From an uncultured Nitrosomonas sp. (lineage in GTDB: Bacteria; Pseudomonadota; Gammaproteobacteria; Burkholderiales; Nitrosomonadaceae): a stretch of DNA of 50,372 bases. A model generated the notes under the pieces. It ran no database searches and was not told the DNA's origin. It saw only the letters and a list, made by a program, of their open reading frames with translations. Both the position numbers and the translations under genes were made by a program. Shown here one piece after another: positions 1-9,736 of this stretch; the first letter of the stretch is position 1; each line of letters starts with the position of its first letter. The stretch covers positions 1 to 50,372 of the forward strand of contig CAXBGL010000001.1 in the NCBI GenBank assembly GCA_963975255.1. The letters run 5' to 3'.

Positions 1-110
1 CAGACTGCAATCTAAAGAAATAGTCTCCTTTGTACGAAAATACACTCACAATTGGATTACGCGACAGGCCCAATCAATAGAAAAATTTACACAGTTGATG
101 AGTACTCGTT

Positions 111-1019
111 TTACTGCTCCATACTCAACAAGGTAAATTGAAATGTATTGGCATCTGTTAGTGTCATCAATACATTATTTACCGTAGTGGAATCATCAAG
201 CATTACTGACGGAATGTTTAATGTACCATCTTGCATTGAAAATACAGCGACATTGTCAGGACTAGTTTGCAATGGCGTTATGCTAGCAGAATCTAGTTCA
301 AATATAATTTTTGGATTCGTAGCTATCAATCTCAAACTAACTGCAAAAAACTCATTATTGCCAACATTAACAGCAAAAGATAATAAGTCTTTATTAAAGA
401 TACCAACAGGATTCGTCACTTCAATACTAATTATCCGTATCAAATTTTCAACCAATATATTTTGGCCATTAAAATCTTTAGTTGGCGTGGAGGTTAATTC
501 ACCACTAAAATTATTTAAAGGCAGGTCTGCAATCGCATCAATCACAGTCATTCCATCATAAATAATTTTCCCAAATACAGTGAAGCCGCCATTCTGATTA
601 TCAAGATTTGCAGCATTATCGGAAAGATTAACAAACCACTGGCTGGTCGCACTATCAGGCTCACCAGCAAGTTTTGCCATGGCGACAGTACCACGCATAT
701 TGGGCATACCAAACTCATTAGCAATTGGTTCAAGTGTATTCACTGCAGCAAGTGAAATTCCGTCATCATTGTTTATAATCTTAAAACCACCTGCTTGTAA
801 AACAAATCCCGGTACGCTACGATGAAAGATACCATCGGTATATGCGCTGTTGTTAATATAATCAAAGAAATTAGTGACTGTTACAGGATTCTGGTTTACG
901 AACAACTCAATACAAAAAGTCCCCATGTTTGTTTTAAAACAAGCGACGGGATTAGCTTGTACAAATGGGGATAATAAAAACAGGCTAACGAATAACGCAA
1001 TACAAAAATATCTTTGCAT
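111..1019 (-). CDS. Secreted cyclophilin-type peptidyl-prolyl cis-trans isomerase with C-terminal extension
   Basis: Cyclophilin motifs FHRSVPGFVLQAGG, RGTVAMAK, SATSQWFVNL, GFTVFGK; N-terminal signal peptide (..SPFVQA); about 100 extra C-terminal residues. Start taken at ATG 1019 (GTG 1034 is an alternative). Confidence 0.9.
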   Translation of the reverse strand: MQRYFCIALFVSLFLLSPFVQANPVACFKTNMGTFCIELFVNQNPVTVTNFFDYINNSAYTDGIFHRSVPGFVLQAGGFKIINNDDGISLAAVNTLEPIANEFGMPNMRGTVAMAKLAGEPDSATSQWFVNLSDNAANLDNQNGGFTVFGKIIYDGMTVIDAIADLPLNNFSGELTSTPTKDFNGQNILVENLIRIISIEVTNPVGIFNKDLLSFAVNVGNNEFFAVSLRLIATNPKIIFELDSASITPLQTSPDNVAVFSMQDGTLNIPSVMLDDSTTVNNVLMTLTDANTFQFTLLSMEQ

Positions 1020-1053
1020 AAAGCTTATATCCACTTTGTTTCATTCAGTAATG

Positions 1054-2157
1054 TTAACGCACATACACTTCAGGCGGCAATATTTCCTTTTCCTGGTTAA
1101 GCTGGGTGATTTGTTGCGTCAGCATATCAAGATTTTCCCAACCTAATTTACCTTCTAAAGGAATCCAACGTGCGCGCAAATAGCCATAGCGATCTATTAG
1201 GAATTCCATGTGGTCTGGAATCACCCCCTTTCCAAACAGATCTGGATGACTTAGTGTGCGACGAAATAATGCATAACTGCTCGTGATTTCAGATGCATTT
1301 TGGATCACAAGTGGAAAAGGAAAATCAGATGCGAAACGCGCTATTTCCTTTGCAGCAACACCATCTTTTGGAACAATCAGGACCGTCAGATCCTTTCCAC
1401 TTAAATTACCATGTGCTTGCTTGAGCTGTTCAAGCCTGGCTTGTGACTGTGGCCATGAAAAAATAACCAACAACATCACTTTTTTATTAATGGAATTCTG
1501 CATAGTACTACTTTTACCATTATGTGCTGTGTAGGAGAAACTTGGCGATGCCACATAAGGTTTATTGGGAACAATTTCTGTAGTCAAAATGCGTGATCGA
1601 TAACCCCGTGACAAAGCATGAAAAAAGTTTACCAAATCCCAACGATCTGCTTCCGATAACTTATCAGCAAATCCTGACATATCGGTATCTTTCATACCAT
1701 AACTAATCCAATGATAGAAATCGCCTGGCGTATGTTCTTCAACATGCTGTTCCGTCAACATATCGGGTAAGAAAGTAGTAAGTGTTCGCGACAATATTCC
1801 ATTACCCTTGCCTTGATGCCCGTGACAAGTCACACAATTCTCGGCATATAGCTTTGAACCATTGGCAATCGAATGCGCATCGAAAGGAATGGGGATCTTA
1901 CGGAATGTTTCTGGATAGGCATCAACTGCCAATGGTGGTAATGCAACAGCTAAGCTACCCATTAATAACGCCAGTGGAATTCCAACTTGAAGCATTTTAT
2001 TCCATTTCAGAGATTTACTCAGTAACACTACACCAGCTGCTATAACCAGAATCGCAATGCCAATCCAAACTTGAATGGCTACGTTTGGATCTCCCCAATT
2101 TTCTGCTATTGAGAAACGAAATGAAAAAGGCCAATCTTCTATCAAAACATACCTCAT
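1054..2157 (-). CDS. Membrane-anchored cytochrome c + redoxin-like protein (C-terminal half of the long AOB CopD fusion)
   Basis: Intact 367-codon ORF; two hydrophobic helices, CVTCH heme motif, 'HTPGDFYHWISYG..DMSGF..LSEADRWDLVNF' class I cytochrome c tail, C-terminal thioredoxin-like segment (HMEFLIDRYGYLRARW). No clear SD before ATG 2157. Confidence 0.75.
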   Translation of the reverse strand: MRYVLIEDWPFSFRFSIAENWGDPNVAIQVWIGIAILVIAAGVVLLSKSLKWNKMLQVGIPLALLMGSLAVALPPLAVDAYPETFRKIPIPFDAHSIANGSKLYAENCVTCHGHQGKGNGILSRTLTTFLPDMLTEQHVEEHTPGDFYHWISYGMKDTDMSGFADKLSEADRWDLVNFFHALSRGYRSRILTTEIVPNKPYVASPSFSYTAHNGKSSTMQNSINKKVMLLVIFSWPQSQARLEQLKQAHGNLSGKDLTVLIVPKDGVAAKEIARFASDFPFPLVIQNASEITSSYALFRRTLSHPDLFGKGVIPDHMEFLIDRYGYLRARWIPLEGKLGWENLDMLTQQITQLNQEKEILPPEVYVR

Positions 2158-2626
2158 TAGTGTTGTATTAGAAATGATCGCTGCAAAATAATAGGATCAA
2201 TGAATATGTAAATTTAATGAACAGTAACGAATGAGATTACTGCAAGTATTGCCAATTTTATTTTGAGTAAGTAATTATTTGACGTCACAACTACGGATGC
2301 TTAATTGGCATTAAATGATGCCTTCTGCCACGCCTATTCTTTTCACGATAATTTGAGAGCATGTTTTGCAATGCCGTAACTTGAAACTGCTTCACAGCAG
2401 CTTGGCGGTTAAGACTTTTATTGGCTTGTTCTTTCCTATTTTATCTAACAGTAGGAAAGCCGATGACACGCCAAACCAAATTCCTACAAAACTATAGGTA
2501 GTACACGCTTAATCTGGGGCTGTTACGAAGATACAAAACCATACTGAACAATATGGTCGACAAAACAAAATATCCAAACTAAGTTAGCTCCATGTTCGTG
2601 CTTGATACAAGATCAGGTAGACTGGA
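2158..2626 (-). pseudogene. copD: Degraded N-terminal (CopD membrane) part of copD
   Basis: Minus-strand fragments in different frames with stops: LPDLVSSTNMELT*FGYFVLSTILFSMVLYLRNSPR; FVGIWFGVSSAFLLL; AVKQFQVTALQNM; VVTSNNYLLKIKLAILAVI; FAAIISNTTL running in frame into the 2157 ORF. They match the CopD pattern (W-x-G, KRFS..AL, YG.LL..KL) in order. The position after amoD is where copCD normally lies. Confidence 0.75.
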
Positions 2627-2655
2627 GAAACTTAAATTGGCATGCATTTATTGTC

Positions 2656-2694
2656 TTCGGATAAGTTCTTCACAAGCGATGTAACTTATCCGAA
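2656..2694 (-). terminator. Hairpin downstream of amoD
   Basis: 12-bp perfect inverted repeat TTCGGATAAGTT / AACTTATCCGAA, 20 nt past the amoD stop; no strong U tail. Confidence 0.55.
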
Positions 2695-2714
2695 TAGTTT
2701 AAAACAACACGCTT

Positions 2715-3293
2715 TTATGCAGCAGGCACTTCTTCTTTTTTGCGGCGATTGCGTAAAAAGTACAACACCGCGGCGATTGCGATAACAACGCCTGGCAAGA
2801 TGGCCATCAAACTTAGCGGTTTACCTTCGCCAACTGAAAAGGGAAAACGTGACACGTAGTCTTCCTCTCCACCAGTAACAGTTACCAGCCCTACGAAATC
2901 ACCTTTCTCAGGGAACACATGTTCCAATGTAATGGATGCGTTCGAATATACTTTAGGAGGCAGGTGCAGTACAGTAATTGCGTCTAGATCATCTTCGGAT
3001 CCAGTATCACGAATAATGCGAACTTCTGTAGTCAAAGGACGTAATTCATCGTTAATATAGTCTAAAGCGACCACTGTCTTACCAATTTCAGGAATATCTT
3101 CACAAAACTCTTCTTCCTGTGTCAAAGGTTGGTATCCCGTGAAGTGCATAGTGTAAGGCCCAACAGTGAGCACGCATAAGTCATCTGCCAGCGCCAACCC
3201 TCCGTGTGCCTGTATTTGTGTCGAGAATATAATACCGGCAGCGAGAAAAGCTGATATTAATGTTTGTTTAATTAATTTTAATCGTAGTGACAT
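2715..3293 (-). CDS. amoD: AmoD (Orf5), PmoD-family copper-binding membrane protein
   Basis: Signal peptide ending AHGG, 'DLCVL..GPYTMHFTGYQP..EFCEDIP..G.TVVALDY', C-terminal TM helix; second gene after amoB. Confidence 0.88.
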   Translation of the reverse strand: MSLRLKLIKQTLISAFLAAGIIFSTQIQAHGGLALADDLCVLTVGPYTMHFTGYQPLTQEEEFCEDIPEIGKTVVALDYINDELRPLTTEVRIIRDTGSEDDLDAITVLHLPPKVYSNASITLEHVFPEKGDFVGLVTVTGGEEDYVSRFPFSVGEGKPLSLMAILPGVVIAIAAVLYFLRNRRKKEEVPAA

Positions 3294-3354
3294 TTTTAGA
3301 TTGCCTATGAAAATAATAATTGATTAGGTAACAATATTGCATGACCTACCAGGT

Positions 3355-3942
3355 TTACTCCGGCACTTTTGATCGCCGAGATGCTATCCAGCCTTTCATC
3401 CGTTTCGATTTCATCAGTTTATAACCCAATATTATCATTACAATTAACCCCACCAAGGGTCCTATCGCAGCTCGAAAAACTTCTTCATAATTTACCATTT
3501 TGACGCGTAATTGGTAATGATACTTTAGTGGTGGTAGTCCTTCTGCTGTAATACTTATGACATACTCTCCCTGATCAAGGAATGTCAGTGTGTTGATTAC
3601 GCCATCTTCATAAAGCACTGGACGTATACTTTTGATCGTTTCTCCATCTGTGCTGTTAGTGCCTTTGATAATCTTTATTCCGATTGGCATATTACGCAAC
3701 GCAGGGTCTACCAAGTCGACAACCAGCACTGTATCACCTGTTTCAGGTATTTCCGTACAATATTGTGCGGTTTTATCATTTTGTGGCTGGTATGCATTAA
3801 AATGGATTATGTTGTCGCCGATTCTACGCATACAGCTGTCATCTTCCATGGTTACTTTTCCATGTGCTGCTACTGCGCCTGTGTAAAGTGCCGTAACAAA
3901 GATAAAGGCTACTAGCCCCGCCTGTATTATTGGCCTAATCAC
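3355..3942 (-). CDS. amoE: AmoE (Orf4), AmoD paralogue
   Basis: AHG after signal peptide, 'DSCMR..IHFNAYQP..YCTEIPETG.TVLVVDLVD', C-terminal TM helix; GTG at 3942 preceded by the SD CAGGAGG; first gene after amoB. Confidence 0.88.
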   Translation of the reverse strand: MIRPIIQAGLVAFIFVTALYTGAVAAHGKVTMEDDSCMRRIGDNIIHFNAYQPQNDKTAQYCTEIPETGDTVLVVDLVDPALRNMPIGIKIIKGTNSTDGETIKSIRPVLYEDGVINTLTFLDQGEYVISITAEGLPPLKYHYQLRVKMVNYEEVFRAAIGPLVGLIVMIILGYKLMKSKRMKGWIASRRSKVPE

Positions 3943-4044
3943 GAAGTCCTCCTGTCTGTTGAACACCTCTGAAATACTACCTTCACAAGCTTGTTTTATT
4001 TTTTGCATTTTATACGGTGCCCCGAATCCCATATTGTTTCTTTA

Positions 4045-4178
4045 GGCTATGTCGCAATTAACTATTGGTTTTTGTTAACTCTCTAATTGTACTTTAATTA
4101 TTGAGACTATCAAGTCCATGGTTAATAAGGGTTCTATAAAATCTTAAATCAAATTCAACATTTAATTGTGACATAGCC
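4045..4178. mobile_element. MITE copy 1 (134 bp), IS1595-family (ISPna2-group)-like ends
   Basis: 17-bp TIRs GGCTATGTCGCAATTAA / TTAATTGTGACATAGCC (1 mismatch); 8-bp target duplication TTTCTTTA (4037-4044, 4179-4186); near-identical copy at 45058-45193; no transposase ORF. Confidence 0.92.
4086..4113 (-). promoter_or_regulatory. Sigma70-like promoter inside the MITE, pointing at amoE
   Basis: Minus strand TTGATA-16 bp-TACAAT, conserved in both MITE copies. Confidence 0.5.
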
Positions 4179-4191
4179 TTTCTTTACTTAT

Positions 4192-4238
4192 AAAAAATCC
4201 GGTACACCGGCTGTCTTGCGACAGTGGTGTACCGGATT
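4192..4238 (-). terminator. Intrinsic terminator after amoB
   Basis: Stem AATCCGGTACACC / GGTGTACCGGATT with an inner CTGTC/GACAG pair, followed by a U-run on the minus strand. Confidence 0.85.
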
Positions 4239-4255
4239 ATAATACGTAACTTAGC

Positions 4256-5518
4256 TTAAAGTTTCGTAAAGACTGGAATAACTGCTCCAGCAATACTATT
4301 AATATAGCGATTGCCTTCTTCATCCCATGTCATCAGCAAGCCACCAAAGCGACTTTCAGGGTCACCCAATAGAGCCATCAGACGCTGTACTTCCCACAAC
4401 GCATCTTTAGCCTCCATATTAATTTCCCGAGTTTCACCAGGTTCAATTGCTGCTTCATCATCCATGGTTAATCCAGTAGCAACCAGTTCTCTTGGATAAT
4501 CTGGATCAAGGTTCTCTTGTCCCAGATCATTAACAAAACGTACACCTGCAGTAGTGAATTCGCCAATTTTAATTGGTGAATCACCATTGTTGGTGATATC
4601 CATGGTCACACGCAATGCGCGGCCAGGTACGTCATAGTTGGCCCATGTCACTACGATTCCAACTGGATTTGGTGCAATCGGCAGTGGTGCTACTTTAGAT
4701 TCGCCTGCCTGAAGCGGTACTGTATATGGATGTACACTTTCCGTATAACGATAACCACCCCATACAATTGCAAGTGTTAGTATCGCTACAGCCCAACCAA
4801 CTTTTCTGTCCATTGGATCCAGTAACAGATCGTCACCATATCCCAGCAATACACGACTACGTGGCAAGAACATTGGACGTGCTACGTAATAGCCAATCCA
4901 TAAGCAACCGATTGACAACCACAATACATGCCAGAATATACCATTACTCCAGTTATAGGTTTCTGTATCAATGGTCTTACCCGTCAATGTTTTGATTGGG
5001 TTAGTAAAATCCGCCCAACTTCCTGAGATGTTCATCCAAGACGCAGGGCCTGCAATTGGGCCTGCACTTTTTACGTTCACCATAGCATGCATGTGGTGAC
5101 GTCCTGGAATCCTTGCTTTCAGTTTGACTTCAAACTCATAGTCACGACCAAGTTCAAGTGGCCCAGAAATAAAAGTTGGATGACCATTTAGCTTGGTGCT
5201 CAAGCGAACAAACACCGGACTTGGGCTACCTACATTGAAGAATGCCCGTGTTGGCTTACCAACAGCTGCAGGCCAATCTTCTGCCAAATGAAACTTCCCG
5301 GTCATCGTTGCAAAACCGTTAACTTTGGTTGTTTTTGGACCCCATTTCATGTCATACCACTGCATGGTACGCATACGCAGGAATGGTTCTTGCGAACGTT
5401 CACCGTGTGCTGCTACTGGTGCTACGTCTACTACCAGTGTTATCGCCAGTGACGCCGCACCAATTGCCGCTCCATACAGGCCCAAGACACCCAGTTTTAA
5501 AAGCTTTTTCATACTCAT
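4256..5518 (-). CDS. amoB: Ammonia monooxygenase subunit B
   Basis: [23 protein letters not shown] copper-site histidines, [20 protein letters not shown]. Confidence 0.99.
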   Translation of the reverse strand: MSMKKLLKLGVLGLYGAAIGAASLAITLVVDVAPVAAHGERSQEPFLRMRTMQWYDMKWGPKTTKVNGFATMTGKFHLAEDWPAAVGKPTRAFFNVGSPSPVFVRLSTKLNGHPTFISGPLELGRDYEFEVKLKARIPGRHHMHAMVNVKSAGPIAGPASWMNISGSWADFTNPIKTLTGKTIDTETYNWSNGIFWHVLWLSIGCLWIGYYVARPMFLPRSRVLLGYGDDLLLDPMDRKVGWAVAILTLAIVWGGYRYTESVHPYTVPLQAGESKVAPLPIAPNPVGIVVTWANYDVPGRALRVTMDITNNGDSPIKIGEFTTAGVRFVNDLGQENLDPDYPRELVATGLTMDDEAAIEPGETREINMEAKDALWEVQRLMALLGDPESRFGGLLMTWDEEGNRYINSIAGAVIPVFTKL

Positions 5519-6342
5519 TATTTAATCCCCTCTGCAAATCCTTTTATACCAAAAGCAGTTACATCTGATTTCTGTGATATACGGCCTCTTTCACCTTTAA
5601 CGTAGAAGAACGCGGTGCAGTAGATTTTACCGAGATACCACCATACGAGGAACATTAGCATGGAGACAAAAGCTGCGAAGAACGCTGCAATCACTGTGGT
5701 ATGACCACCAAAGGTACGCAATGATCCTTGTTCGATCAGTCGCACATATTCTGGTGTACCCGTGCGGATATACAGGAATCCTGTGTAGTCAGCTAATGAT
5801 AGCAATACGCCTTCTACTACTAATGGCACATGAGTCGGTCCAAAGATTGGCCAGTTACCTGGATAGAATAACAATCCAAAGAAACCGCCGCCCAGCAATG
5901 CTGTGATCAACCAGTTACCGGTTAACAACAGGATCGTATCAAGCATCAATGCGCCTGGAATCATGGTGCCTGGCAATACGAAGTTTACTGGGTAATGTGA
6001 CCACCAGTAGAAACCCCAGTAGCGCGTTAGCCATTCACCTACCAACAGGCAAACAATACAGAGTGTCGCGCCGAATGGCAGACGGTAGTTAACCCAGAGG
6101 TAGTACATGATGGCTGAACAATAGGTAATACCTACAATTGGGGTGACCACTGGCCACCATTGGCGGTCTTTCCAGTCAAGCCAGAAGTCCCAGTCACCTG
6201 CCAGAAGCATGAAATGCATGTGGAATGTTCCGACCAGAAGAATGCAGAGAATTGGAAAATACACCGCATCGATATATCTGGACATCTTGATTGCTTCAGG
6301 CGGCATTTTGGCCGCTTTTAAAATTTCGTCTGTTCTGCTCAC
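5518..6342 (-). CDS. amoA: Ammonia monooxygenase subunit A
   Basis: [46 protein letters not shown]; true start GTG 6342 ([16 protein letters not shown]) after SD GGGGAGG, giving 274 aa. Confidence 0.99.
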   Translation of the reverse strand: MSRTDEILKAAKMPPEAIKMSRYIDAVYFPILCILLVGTFHMHFMLLAGDWDFWLDWKDRQWWPVVTPIVGITYCSAIMYYLWVNYRLPFGATLCIVCLLVGEWLTRYWGFYWWSHYPVNFVLPGTMIPGALMLDTILLLTGNWLITALLGGGFFGLLFYPGNWPIFGPTHVPLVVEGVLLSLADYTGFLYIRTGTPEYVRLIEQGSLRTFGGHTTVIAAFFAAFVSMLMFLVWWYLGKIYCTAFFYVKGERGRISQKSDVTAFGIKGFAEGIK

Positions 6343-6429
6343 TAGATCCTCCCCTCGTTTGTTTCGTGTGATATTAAATATGAAAGCATGACGATTCCTA
6401 TACTGTCTTTTACTACTGTTTTTACAATT

Positions 6430-6469
6430 GCCAATTTGTAGCCCTGGCTTCTCCTGACTACAAATCGGC
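6430..6469 (-). promoter_or_regulatory. Stem-loop in the amoA leader
   Basis: mRNA-sense 12-bp stem GCCGAUUUGUAG / CUACAAAUUGGC (one G-U pair). Confidence 0.5.
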
Positions 6470-6496
6470 GGTTTATTTCTCAACTATTCTACTCAA

Positions 6497-6523
6497 CTCT
6501 GTCTTAGCTAAACTAAGACAGAG
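6497..6523 (-). terminator. Hairpin immediately after amoC (leaky terminator or stabiliser)
   Basis: 11-bp perfect stem CTCTGTCTTAG / CTAAGACAGAG about 10 nt past the amoC stop; weak U tail. Confidence 0.65.
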
Positions 6524-6532
6524 AGGCAAGTA

Positions 6533-7375
<843 letters not shown>

Positions 7376-7493
7376 TTAATCAAACCTACTACTCTTTTAC
7401 TACCATTTTTAATAGTAATTTTTAGTTCTACTTCAAGTTTTAATAACTACTCCTGAGCAAGTAACTTTTACTCTTTAGTTAGCTACAGGCTAC

Positions 7494-7523
7494 AGGCTAG
7501 TCGACCTTAGGGATCTAAGTCAA
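7494..7523 (-). promoter_or_regulatory. Candidate sigma70 promoter of amoCAB
   Basis: TTGACT-18 bp-TAGCCT on the minus strand, about 140 nt upstream of amoC. Confidence 0.45.
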
Positions 7524-7690
7524 GTGATTTGTCGTAAAAATTCAATTTTTATGTGGTATGAATACGCCTTATTATTCCTATAAACCCCTTTCCACACAAG
7601 GATTAATTCGATTTCTAGCATTTAAAAAAATTTAAAATTAAATTCTTATCTGCACCGCATCTTTACTTATCAATTACTCAACCGAATAGT

Positions 7691-8095
7691 TTAGATAGTT
7701 GGGCTACTTTGTAATGTATATTTACGAACGATATTCAATAACTCCTCCTTAGTAAACGGTTTAGTTAAATACGCATTTGATCCGACCATTCTGCCTCGAG
7801 CGCGATCAAATAATCCACTTTTACTTGATAACATAATTACGGGTACAGATTGGAATCGAGAGTTTTTTTTAATTAACATACAAGCCTGGTAGCCATCTAA
7901 GCGCGGCATAATAATATCAATAAAAATTATATCAGGCTGATTATCAACTATTTTGGCCATGGCATCAAAACCATCTGAAGCGAGAATAATCTCGCATCCC
8001 GACTGATTGAGGAAAATTTCCGCACTACGCCGAATTGTATTACTGTCATCAACTACCATGACTTTAATACCTTCTAAATCTTTTGCGTCACTCAC
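7691..8095 (-). CDS. pilG: PilG-type single-domain response regulator
   Basis: KVMVVDDSNTIRRSAE..MPRLDGYQAC..MLSSKSGLFDRARGRMVGS..YLTKPF; SD AGGAGG. Confidence 0.88.
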   Translation of the reverse strand: MSDAKDLEGIKVMVVDDSNTIRRSAEIFLNQSGCEIILASDGFDAMAKIVDNQPDIIFIDIIMPRLDGYQACMLIKKNSRFQSVPVIMLSSKSGLFDRARGRMVGSNAYLTKPFTKEELLNIVRKYTLQSSPTI

Positions 8096-8266
8096 ACATC
8101 CTCCTTAGCTTTTCTGGCTATGATACCCTTCAAATTTACAACTCAATATACCCTGAATTCAACTAAGTGCTAACAGTTAATATTTATGAAGCCAAACCAC
8201 TACCGAGATGACTCTCTCAATCTAGCAACAAAAAGTTACACCCGGATAAGATTTAAATTAAACGGA

Positions 8267-9724
8267 CTACTTTCTCCAAAATGCTGGTGTAAATACGACA
8301 AGCAACGTAAAGAATTCCAGCCTTCCCAATAACATTGCAAAACTACATAACCATGTCTGAAAATCTGTAAGTGACGCATAGGTAGTTGCTGGGCCTATTT
8401 GATTGAGGCCCGGGCCTAAGTTATTGATACAAGCTACCGCTGCCGAAATAGCCGTAATTACATCAAGTCCGCTTAAAGTAAGAACCAATGTCATCAATAC
8501 CATGCTTGTGATATATATGAACAAAAAAACCAGCACTGCAAAAATAATTTTATTGGGCACCACGTTTTCACCAAGCTTGGCCGGCATAACTGCATTCGGA
8601 TGCATAATTTTGACCATCTCACGATAAAGTTGCTGGTACAGAATGCGGGCCCGTATCATTTTAATACCCCCTCCGGTAGAACCCGACGAGGTACAAAAGC
8701 CAGACAAAAACAACATCCATAGTGGCGCAAAAACAGGCCACAAACTATAATCGGCATTACTATACCCTGTCGTGGTAGCAATGGAAACAACATTAAAACT
8801 GGCATAGCGCAATGCTGTCAGTGGATCAAAGTAAACACCCATGAACCACAGATAAAAGGCAAACCCAAGACAACTCATCAACACGATGACAATAAACATG
8901 CCCACTTCTGGATCGTAACAATAAGGTGAGAAGCATTTCGTTCGCCAAACCAGGAAATGCGTGGCAAAATTTATGCCTGCAATTAACATAAAAATGATAG
9001 CAACAAATTCAATTAATGGGGAATCCCAGTAGCCATAGCTTGCATCATGGGATGAAAACCCCCCTAATCCCAGCGTAGTAAATGCATGCATAACGGAATC
9101 AAACCAATCCATTCCTGCCAACTTGTATGCCAGTACACAAGCCAATGTCAAGCTCGCATACACCAACCACAATCCTTTAGCTGTTTCAGCAATACGCGGG
9201 GTCAGTTTATTTTCTTTCATTGGCCCTGGTGTTTCAGCCTTGAGCATTTGTCTTCCACCCACCCCCAATAATGGCAAGATAGCAACGGCCAGCACGATTA
9301 AACCCATGCCTCCCAACCATACCATTTCTCCACGCCACAAATTGAGTGACAACGGCAATGCATCCAGTCCTATCAATACTGTGCCGCCCGTCGCTGTTAG
9401 CCCTGAAACAGCTTCAAAATAAGCCATACTAAGATTCAGTTCAGGTAGATAAAATAGCAGTGGCAGCATCGCAAAAGCGGGCAATACTGACCAAACCAGA
9501 ACGACCAATAGAAACCCGTCGCGGGTCTGTAATTCACGTTGATACCGATATGTCACAAGCCACATTAGCAAACCACTACCAATGGTAATAAAAATGGACT
9601 CTTCAAATACACGCCGTGCGCCGTCATTAATCCAAAGTGAAAAACCGAGCGGAACCAACATCGTGAATCCAAATACCAAAATCATCTTGCCAAGCACATT
9701 GACAACGGCAAAAAGTCTGCTCAT
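8267..9724 (-). CDS. trkH: Trk potassium uptake membrane protein
   Basis: FEAVSGLTATGGT, GGFSSHDAS, TTTGY, GSTGGGIK, NNLGPG pore loops. Confidence 0.96.
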   Translation of the reverse strand: MSRLFAVVNVLGKMILVFGFTMLVPLGFSLWINDGARRVFEESIFITIGSGLLMWLVTYRYQRELQTRDGFLLVVLVWSVLPAFAMLPLLFYLPELNLSMAYFEAVSGLTATGGTVLIGLDALPLSLNLWRGEMVWLGGMGLIVLAVAILPLLGVGGRQMLKAETPGPMKENKLTPRIAETAKGLWLVYASLTLACVLAYKLAGMDWFDSVMHAFTTLGLGGFSSHDASYGYWDSPLIEFVAIIFMLIAGINFATHFLVWRTKCFSPYCYDPEVGMFIVIVLMSCLGFAFYLWFMGVYFDPLTALRYASFNVVSIATTTGYSNADYSLWPVFAPLWMLFLSGFCTSSGSTGGGIKMIRARILYQQLYREMVKIMHPNAVMPAKLGENVVPNKIIFAVLVFLFIYITSMVLMTLVLTLSGLDVITAISAAVACINNLGPGLNQIGPATTYASLTDFQTWLCSFAMLLGRLEFFTLLVVFTPAFWRK

Positions 9725-9736
9725 GCGATAATGTAA

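Noticed and set aside
2-136. Open frame at the window edge (RLQSKEIVSFVRKYTHNW...) as the 3' end of a gene
   Set aside because: Too short to assign; the resemblance to the PilG tail (VRKYT) is probably coincidental.
6343-6483. 47-aa N-terminal extension of AmoA in the ORF track
   Set aside because: The strong SD and the conserved SRTDEI start place initiation at GTG 6342. Similar over-extensions were trimmed for amoE, amoC, pgk, tkt, ntrX, rpsA and others.
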